Under the pieces are notes generated by a model. That model saw nothing but the letters and a program-made list of their open reading frames with translations, did no database searches and had not been told where the DNA came from. The translations under genes and the position numbers were made by a program. From the NCBI GenBank assembly GCA_964545915.1, contig CAZJHQ010000003.1, forward strand, positions 25,582-89,581: 64,000 nucleotides of DNA, written 5' to 3'. How positions within the stretch are numbered: position 1 is the first letter of the stretch; the number at the start of each line of letters is the position of its first letter. Positions 53,801-60,856 of this stretch are shown piece by piece. The stretch is from an uncultured Candidatus Kuenenia sp. GTDB taxonomy: Bacteria > Planctomycetota > Planctomycetia > Pirellulales > UBA1268.

Positions 53801-54602
53801 GGATAAGACGGTCAACGGCGGTTCCGCAATCGATTCGATGGTGTCGGCCAGCCTTTGACCGGGCGTGGGGCCGTCGCTGATCCAGTGATTGTGTCCGACG
53901 TCGCTTCGCCAGACGCGGATAAAGCGGGATGCGGGGGCGATTTTCAGGCTGTGCGCAGACACGCCTCGAATCCGCCCGTCATGCGGATGGTTCAGAGGCT
54001 GCGGATGTCGATCACCGGCGGGTCATCCGGCGACGCTTGGATCGCGTCGCGGTCGTCATGCACCTGCACGAGCTCGTCCCAACTGGTGGGCGGGCCTCGG
54101 GCCGGGGCCAGCGGCGTCGGCTCGAGCGGTTCACCGAGATGGAGCAGGATCTTCCTGATCGGCGCCGGGTCGGTGATGAAGGCGATGAGGCGGATGTCGC
54201 CGCCGCAGGCGGGGCACGCGAGCGGGAAGGCTTCGGCGATTCGCGCGACGAGCTTGGCCCATGCAATTCTCGAGGTGTCGTGGGAACGGCCCGGGGCATC
54301 GGGGGCACCCTCACCCCGGCCCCTCCCGGAGGGAGAGGGAGAGAGGAAGCGTTGGCGATCGCCAGCGCCGTGACGGCGGGCCTGAGCGGGTGGTTCGGCG
54401 CGAAGACACCGTGGTAGCGATGGCGATGCCTTCTCGGCGGGGGCACGAGATCTGCCAGCCGGTCGAGAAACTCGCAGGGCGAGAGATCGACTACGCCGTG
54501 CCGTCCGGGGTTGGTGGCCTTGCGCTTCCGACCGGGGCCGACCCACTGGCCGCGCTTGTGGCGCGGGAGTGAGTAGCGGATGCGTTCGGGGCCGCCGTTC
54601 CC
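53801..54602 (-). mobile_element. IS91-family 3' fragment with A-type terminus (A3, 53801-53987) and frameshifted transposase C-terminus (53992-54602)
   Basis: GPERIRYSLPRHKRGQW...PPPRRHRHRYHGVFAPNH...DTSRIAWAKLVARIAEAFPLACPACGGDIRLIAFITDPAPIRKIL...VIDIRSL, stop at 53992, spread over at least two frames. Confidence 0.8.
54306..54346. repeat. small palindromic REP-like element (CCCTCCCGGAGGGAGAGGG core)
   Basis: Second copy at 58638-58674. Sits where other transposase copies have coding sequence. Confidence 0.6.
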
Positions 54603-54797
54603 TCGAACTGCACGTTGACGACCTCCTGCGCCGCAGCAGCCAGGCGTGGGGCGAGCAGGCAGAGAAATGCCAATGCCGCCAGCATTCCCATACGTACGTT
54701 CTGTCGGATCTTGGTCATCAATGTGGCTCTCATGGTCTTTTCCTTTCGGGTGGTATTAGTGAAGTTCACCTTTCGCCGATGCAGTACAGGAAGGCCG
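54603..54797 (-). repeat. 195-bp duplicate of the promoter-proximal region and first 43 codons of the 54974-57550 gene
   Basis: Differs from 57420-57614 at 2 positions by eye. Fused at 54603 to the IS91 transposase fragment. Confidence 0.9.
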
Positions 54798-54867
54798 GGG
54801 TTTGGATGAGCAGGCGTTTGCCGACCGTGTCGTGGATTGCGATTCCGGTCTGCAAGTTCCTGTCTCG

Positions 54868-54973
54868 TCAGTACTGCGCCGTCACGGCCACTTGGCCCGT
54901 CAGGCCCTTCAGGGTGATGGTTTCCTTGTCCTAGTTGAACTCGGTCCACGGCTTGCCGTTGACGATGACACTC
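54868..54973 (-). pseudogene. orphan C-terminal tail (ESVIVNGKPWTEFN-TAG-DKETITLKGLTGQVAVTAQY)
   Basis: Lies in the +1 frame relative to the stop of the upstream gene. Contains an in-frame TAG at 54931-54933. Confidence 0.5.
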
Positions 54974-57550
54974 TCATGGCTTCCCGGCGGTCAGCCGCGA
55001 GTAATCAATCAGACGATTGGCCGCCTCGATCATGTCATAGGTGTGGCCGCCCGTGGTGTCTGCCGTGACACGCAGGAAGTTGTATGCGAGTCCCCCATCC
55101 ACCGGGTCCTGAGTAACCAGGATGCTCTGAGCGAGGGCATCAGCCTTGGCCTTCCAGAGCGGGTTCTTGGTCTCCTGCCACAGCCGCGTCCAGACATAGA
55201 CCAGGCTGCCAGCCGTGCGAATGCCGGTACCCGCGGCGCGGCTCCAGCCCCAGCAGGACGGGCGCGACTCCAAGGGTTTGTAGGGGTCGAGTTTGCGATC
55301 CCAGTTCACATGCCGCTCCTCGCACCAGCGGGCGATCTCCATCACCAGCTTCAGGTCCCTTTCCTTGGCGTCGGCGTAATCCAACTGCCAGGTGCAGTAG
55401 GACAAAGCGTGGGGCGCAACGGTGTCCTGTACGAGGATCATCTCCAGGCTGTGATAACCCACATTCTGCCAGAACATCTCCGGCAGACAGTAGGTCTGCA
55501 CCCATTTGTTGGCCCGGGCCTCGTTCTGAATGAACTCCTCAACGCCCAGTTCCTTGCGCACCCGCCCGAGGAACCAGAGCACAGCCTCCCCGCCATTGGT
55601 GCGCTGCTCGGAGGGGCCGAACACTCCTCCCGGCCATAGTTTCTCACCGTTCTTCTTATCCCGGCCGGGCCAGGCGCCGTCCTCGGGGTCCTGGGCGGCG
55701 GCGAATGCTCCGGCCAGGTCAAGGGCGGCGTCGCGGAACCGCGGGTCTTTGCCGACAGCGTAGACGTCCAGATAGGCCAGGCCGATCCAAGTCATCAGGG
55801 ATACATTGCCTTTGTAGACCACGGGTAGCCGGCCGCCGCGATGCGTGCCGTACGCCATCCAGGCCGCGCGCTCGGCCAGCGCCAGGGCGTCGCGGCGCTC
55901 CTCCGGGTTGTCGGACCAGACCGCGATCGCCGCGCAGGCGCGGGTAAACGAAACGATTGGTATGAGCACTCCGCCGTCGCCGGCGGTCATGTTGCCCCAG
56001 GTCCAAAGGTTCCGCCACAACAAGGCACCGTCCTCGTCCCGCACCGCTCGGGCGGCGGCCAGGGCGCCTTCTTTGGCGGTCCGGTTCGGGGCCCAGTACG
56101 GCCCGGCGAAGGTGGCCATCTTCGTCACTGCAACCAAGTTTCTTTCTGGCCCGGGCACTTCCTTCTTGCCATCTTTCGGCACTCTGCCCGCGCGGATTCT
56201 CCAGGCTTCTTGCGCCAGCGGATCGCCGCCGATGAACTTGTACGCCTTGCCCGGGAATTCGGCCTGGCCGATATCCTTGCCTGCCGCATCCAACCCCGTC
56301 GCGATGATCCACAACTGGCCAGCGGACGCCTCTTTCCAGAGCGGGGTCAATGGCATCCAAGGTTTCTCGATTTCGCAGGACACCGCACCGGGGCCTTTCT
56401 CATTCCAAACCAGCTCGCGTTCCCGGCGGATCTCCCGCAAAGCCGTGATGCGATACTTGACCGCCCCCGGCACCTCGTTGAAGGCAATGGTGGGCGTGTG
56501 CAACGCGTAGTACTTGTTCAGGTGGATCGGACGCGTGTTGTAGAACGGTTGTTTGCCCGGTTCGCCGGGCCGGATCGGCTGGAGCGATTCCTCCTTGGCC
56601 TTGGCGGCCAAAACGCCATCAGCCTCCAACGGCTTGCCGTTGGGCTCCCAGGTGCGATCCGCGGCCTGGAGTGACGGGAAGGGCTGGTGGCGACTGACGT
56701 GGGCCCGGAAGGCGGTTTCCTCGGTCGTGCCGCCGGATTCCCACTTGGCCAGGCCGACCGCGTAATCGCCAATGATGGTGCCTTCGAAACTGACGATGCC
56801 GTCCACTGGTGACTTGTCGGCCTTGGTCAGCGTGATCGCACCCTTGAGCGTGTTGCCCGCGACGATCGCCTGGCCGACCGCCGCGGGAACCTCGAAGGGT
56901 TTTGCTGTAAGAACTTTGACCCGGTCAATCTTGCCCGCGCTTACCCGCATGCGCACGAGAATGCCTCCACGGAGTTCACCAGACTCCATAGCCGAGCGGC
57001 CACTGAAACCGACGCCGAAAGGAACCCAGTCGATCAGCGACTCGGTCGCGGGCGTCTGGGGATATACGGTGCCCCGAACCGCGACTGGATCAGCCTTGCC
57101 CAGCAAGACGGAACTGGCCTTGGCGGGTTTGACCGTGCCCTCGACCTTGCCGCCCTTGGGGACCACATCGAGCGACACGTCGTCGGTCAGGACAGGGGGG
57201 GCCTTGGCATCCTTATTTCCGCCGCGCAGGCTCAGGAGGGTCAGCAGGTCGGGGGTCTGCGTGAGGCTGATCGTGCCGGTGATCCGGCCGTCGGTCGCCA
57301 CCGTGAGCTGGTCGGTCTTCGCCAGCCACGGGGTGTTGCGCTGGGTCTCGAGGGCGAACGCCGAGACGATCTTGTTGCCGTCGCGCAGCAGTTGCAGATC
57401 GACGATGCCGGTAGCGTTATCGAACTGCACGTTGACGACCTCCTGCGCCGCAGCAGCCAGGCGTGGGGCGAGCAGGCAGAGAAATGCCAATGCCGCCAGC
57501 ATTCCCATACGTACGTTCTGTCGGATCTTGGTCATCAATTTGGCTCTCAT
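54974..57550 (-). CDS. secreted hypothetical protein (858 aa), C-terminal half possibly an (alpha/alpha)6-barrel glycosidase/lyase-like domain
   Basis: Signal MRAKLMTKIRQNVRMGMLAALAFLCLLAPRLAAAAQ. GC noticeably lower than the neighbours. W/Y-rich helical C-terminal half. Function not recognised. Confidence 0.75.
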   Translation of the reverse strand: MRAKLMTKIRQNVRMGMLAALAFLCLLAPRLAAAAQEVVNVQFDNATGIVDLQLLRDGNKIVSAFALETQRNTPWLAKTDQLTVATDGRITGTISLTQTPDLLTLLSLRGGNKDAKAPPVLTDDVSLDVVPKGGKVEGTVKPAKASSVLLGKADPVAVRGTVYPQTPATESLIDWVPFGVGFSGRSAMESGELRGGILVRMRVSAGKIDRVKVLTAKPFEVPAAVGQAIVAGNTLKGAITLTKADKSPVDGIVSFEGTIIGDYAVGLAKWESGGTTEETAFRAHVSRHQPFPSLQAADRTWEPNGKPLEADGVLAAKAKEESLQPIRPGEPGKQPFYNTRPIHLNKYYALHTPTIAFNEVPGAVKYRITALREIRRERELVWNEKGPGAVSCEIEKPWMPLTPLWKEASAGQLWIIATGLDAAGKDIGQAEFPGKAYKFIGGDPLAQEAWRIRAGRVPKDGKKEVPGPERNLVAVTKMATFAGPYWAPNRTAKEGALAAARAVRDEDGALLWRNLWTWGNMTAGDGGVLIPIVSFTRACAAIAVWSDNPEERRDALALAERAAWMAYGTHRGGRLPVVYKGNVSLMTWIGLAYLDVYAVGKDPRFRDAALDLAGAFAAAQDPEDGAWPGRDKKNGEKLWPGGVFGPSEQRTNGGEAVLWFLGRVRKELGVEEFIQNEARANKWVQTYCLPEMFWQNVGYHSLEMILVQDTVAPHALSYCTWQLDYADAKERDLKLVMEIARWCEERHVNWDRKLDPYKPLESRPSCWGWSRAAGTGIRTAGSLVYVWTRLWQETKNPLWKAKADALAQSILVTQDPVDGGLAYNFLRVTADTTGGHTYDMIEAANRLIDYSRLTAGKP

Positions 57551-57658
57551 GGTCTTTTCCTTTCGGGTGGTATTGGTGAAGTTCACCTTTCGCCGATGCA
57601 GTACAGGAAGGCCGTGGTCTGGGAACTATTGTCAAGAGTTGCGTTTAGAGGTCCTGGA

Positions 57659-57825
57659 TCAGGCGGCGTTCTGCAGGACTCCGTCGGTGAAAACTTTTCC
57701 TTCGAGAACAAGAACGATCTGGTGATGCCCGTTGAGTCGTCGCCAACGTCGGCTTGCTGACTGAGCGAGCTTGAACATCATGGTGAGGCTGGCCTTCCTC
57801 GAGCCGCTCCCCTTAGTGCGTCGAA
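57659..57825 (-). pseudogene. C-terminal remnant of a transposase, possibly IS256/Mutator-like
   Basis: ...ASLTMMFKLAQSASRRWRRLNGHHQIVLVLEGKVFTDGVLQNAA, stop at 57659. Family assignment is from memory of similar tails and is weak. Confidence 0.35.
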
Positions 57826-58524
57826 GGATAAGACGGTCAACGGCGGTTCCGCAATCGATTCGATGGTGTCGGCCAGCCTTTGACCGGGCGTGGGGCCGTC
57901 GCTGATCCAGTGATTGTGTCCGACGTCGCTTCGCCAGACGCGGATAAAGCGGGATGCGGGGGCGATTTTCAGGCTGTGCGCAGACACGCCTCGAATCCGC
58001 CCGTCATGCGGGGGGCCGACCGCGTCGTCGAGCAACCGCTCGATCTCGGCGAGGAAGATCCGGGCGAGAGCGGTGACGGCTGCGGGCCGGTCGGCGAGGA
58101 AGCCCCGCAGCCGCTTGGGCACCGAGATCACCCACTGCCGGACAGGCACCGGCGGGATGACGCGGTCGGCAAGATGCGCCGCCGTCTGGGCCATGTGGCG
58201 GCCCGTGCAGGATGGGCAGACGCCCCTGCCCTTGCAGGAGAAGGCCACGAGAAACCCGTGACCGCAGCGAGTGCAGCGAGCGCGGGCGAAGCCGAAGCAG
58301 AGGATGCCGCAGCCGAGATACTCCCGAAACTCCCCCTCGACGTGTGTCGGGACGGGCCTCTCGCCAAGGCTGCGAGCGGCAAGCCAGGTCTCCAGGTGCC
58401 GGCTGATGAACCGATGAAGCGGCGTCTTCTCGGGACGACGGCGTTCGTAGCGATCCACTCGCCCTGGCCGCCACGGACCAGCATGGAGGCACGCTCGAGG
58501 CCGAGGTGTGCAGAGCGTGACCAC
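57826..58524 (-). mobile_element. internally deleted IS91-family derivative: transposase codons 1-~171 (58012-58524) fused to the 186-nt A-type terminus (A4, 57826-58011)
   Basis: RYERRRPEKTPLHRFISRHLETW...YLGCGILCFGFARARCTRCGHGFLVAFSCKGRGVCPSCTGRHMAQ...VRQWVISVPKRLR is the Zn-binding N-terminal domain. It then continues straight into sequence identical to 53801-53987. Confidence 0.8.
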
Positions 58525-58637
58525 GAGCGCATCCGCCGCCGGGAGAGTTCCCGGTAGTGAAGACGGATGCGGAGGCGGTCAGGGGCAGCGGACAACGCGA
58601 CATGCGGCGGGAGGTGCCAAGGCGAGCCGCGTCCGAG

Positions 58638-58674
58638 CACCCTCACTCCGGCCCTCTCCCGGAGGGAGAGGGAG
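58638..58674. repeat. small palindromic REP-like element, copy 2
   Basis: CCCTCTCCC-GGA-GGGAGAGGG gives a 9-bp stem (58652-58660/58664-58672). Confidence 0.6.
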
Positions 58675-58768
58675 CCAGCGCGAGGAGCGACCGGTTCGTT
58701 CAGGACCCGGGGGGCACGCCGTTCCTGTACGGCAGCTGGCGGGGCAAGAGACCGACGGGGGCGAGTGA

Positions 58769-59441
58769 CGCCCGAACTGCCACGCCGAGTCACACGAGAA
58801 AAAGAACGGCCGCGTCACTCGCTTTCGCGGGTGGCACGGCCGTTGCCGGATCCAGCCCACCGGCCGGTTCCACTGGGGCAACTCCTTCGGCGCTATCCGC
58901 CAATACATCGATCTCCAGCCGGGGGGCGGCCATCAGGCGGCCGACGAGGCCTACTACTGCATCGCCGGCCTGCACGCGCTGACGACCGTCCGCGACCCGG
59001 CCCGGCTGCGGGCGCTGGTGCACGCGGCGTCCGTAGACCTCGTGGCGCTCGGGCTCGACCCCGAGCGGGCGGTGCTCGTCGTGCAGTCCGACGTGCCCGA
59101 GGTGACGGAGCTCACCTGGCTGCTGATGACCGTTTGCCCGATGGGCCTGCTCGAGCGGTGCCACGCCGATAAGGACAAGAAGACCCGCGGGCTGCCGGCC
59201 GACGCGGGGCTGTTCACGTATCCCGTGCTCATGGCCGCCGACATTCTCGCCTACGACGCCACGGTCGTGCCGGTGGGCGAGGACCAGGTGCAGCACATCG
59301 AGGTCTGCCGCGATCTGGCCGGCACGTTCAATCACCTCTACGGCGAGGTGTTTACTTGCCCAGGCCGCCGCTCGTCGAGGGGGGCGCGAAGGTGCCCGGC
59401 ACCGACGGGCAGAAGATGAGCAAGAGCTACGAGATCACGAT
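58769..59441 (+). pseudogene. trpS: tryptophan--tRNA ligase, truncated at both ends with one frameshift
   Basis: [11 protein letters not shown] (HIGH-type), [54 protein letters not shown]. After a 1-nt frame change near 59355 it continues [29 protein letters not shown]. No start codon between the stop at 58766 and the HIGH motif. The C-terminal third is absent. Confidence 0.8.
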
Positions 59442-59636
59442 CGCTCGTGAATCTCGATCCGGCGACCGGCCGGAAGACGCGGCGGTGGCCGCTGCCGGCC
59501 TGCGAGGATCCGCATCCCTTCCTCGGGCCGCTCGTGCCCGCGGCGGGCGGCCTGCGGGTCTTTTTCGGCCGCGGTTCCGCCGACGCGACACGCGAACTCA
59601 TCCTGCTCGAGGCTGCCGCGATGTAACCGACCGGCC
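59442..59636 (+). pseudogene. 3' remnant of a paralog of the PQQ-propeller anti-sigma-like gene
   Basis: Colinear with 31353-31547 (about 14 mismatches by eye). Translates LVNLDPATGRKTRRWPLPACEDPHPFLGPLVPAAGGLRVFFGRGSADATRELILLEAAAM, then a stop. Confidence 0.8.
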
Positions 59637-59659
59637 GGGAATGCCATACAAAGGACGTC

Positions 59660-60856
59660 ATGGTTTCCTCGCCCCACTCGTTTCGGCTCGGATTTGGCCT
59701 CCTCGCGGTGGTGGCGGCGGCCATGGTCGTCGTCGTCGCCGTCGTGTGCATGACTCCGTCCGCTGCGGCGGCCGGCGTCGATGACGGCGACTGGGAGATC
59801 ACGGCGGAGAGCGAGGCGGCCGTCGAGCGGGGCCTGCGGTGGCTCGCCGCCAACCAGGGGCCCGAGGGGAACTGGGGGTCGGACGATCTCGGCCTCGTGG
59901 CGGTCGGCGGCCTCGCCTTCCTCTCCGCCGGCCACCTGCCGGGGATCGGTGAGCATGGGGAGGCGTGCGAGCGGGCCCTCGCCTACGTCGTCAAGAACGC
60001 GAAGCCGAGCGGCCTGCTCAACATCGCCGGGCCGAAGCGCGACACGTACAACCACGGCCTTTCGACGTTCGTCCTCGGCCAGGCCTACGGCATGACGGGC
60101 GATGCCCGCGTCGGCAAGGCGCTCGACCGCGCGCTCAAGCTCATTGCCCGCACGCAGGGGCCGATCGGCGGCTGGGACTACGAAGCCAGGCCGATGGATG
60201 GCGACTTGAGCCTGAGCGTGATGCAGGCCAAGGCCCTGCGGAGTGCCGTCGACAGCGGCTTCGAGATTCCGCCGTCGGTGATCGAGAAGGCGATCGCGAA
60301 CGTCCGGCAACACTACGCGCCGCAAGGGGGCAACCCGAAGATGCCCGAGGCCGAACAGAAAAAACTTCCCGGTCAGTTCACCTATGCCAAGGGGGGCGGC
60401 AAGGCCACGGTGGCCATGGCGGCAGCGGGCGTCGTCTGCCTGCAGGAGTTCGGTCAGTACGACGACTGGCGGATCGCCAAGAGCATGGAGCGGGTCAATG
60501 CCGAGATCGCCAAGGTCAAGCCGCAGCAGGCCCACAACGGCAAGATGCCCTTCGACGCCTACACGCTCAACTACGTCGGCCAGTCGCTCTACCAGGTGGG
60601 CGGCCCCGGCTGGAAGCGGCACTACCCCGCGCTCCGCGATGCGATCGTCGGCTCGCAGGTGATCGATCCCAAGAACCCGGCCAACGACGGCAAGTGGGCG
60701 GCCGGCAGCCATGTGGTCGGCAAGTCGGGCGACCTCTACGGCACCGCCGTCGCCGTCTTCGTGCTTTCGATTCCCAACCGCTATCTGCCGATCCTCCAAA
60801 AGGGGAACACCGACCCGGAGAGCACCGACGAGAAGACCGGAGGGCCGCGGCCATGA
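59660..60856 (+). CDS. prenyltransferase/squalene-oxidase-repeat (terpenoid-cyclase-like) secreted protein
   Basis: TM/signal FGLLAVVAAAMVVVVAVV. RGLRWLAANQGPEGNWG, ARTQGPIGGWDYE, DLSLSVMQAKALRSA. Confidence 0.75.
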   Translation: MVSSPHSFRLGFGLLAVVAAAMVVVVAVVCMTPSAAAAGVDDGDWEITAESEAAVERGLRWLAANQGPEGNWGSDDLGLVAVGGLAFLSAGHLPGIGEHGEACERALAYVVKNAKPSGLLNIAGPKRDTYNHGLSTFVLGQAYGMTGDARVGKALDRALKLIARTQGPIGGWDYEARPMDGDLSLSVMQAKALRSAVDSGFEIPPSVIEKAIANVRQHYAPQGGNPKMPEAEQKKLPGQFTYAKGGGKATVAMAAAGVVCLQEFGQYDDWRIAKSMERVNAEIAKVKPQQAHNGKMPFDAYTLNYVGQSLYQVGGPGWKRHYPALRDAIVGSQVIDPKNPANDGKWAAGSHVVGKSGDLYGTAVAVFVLSIPNRYLPILQKGNTDPESTDEKTGGPRP

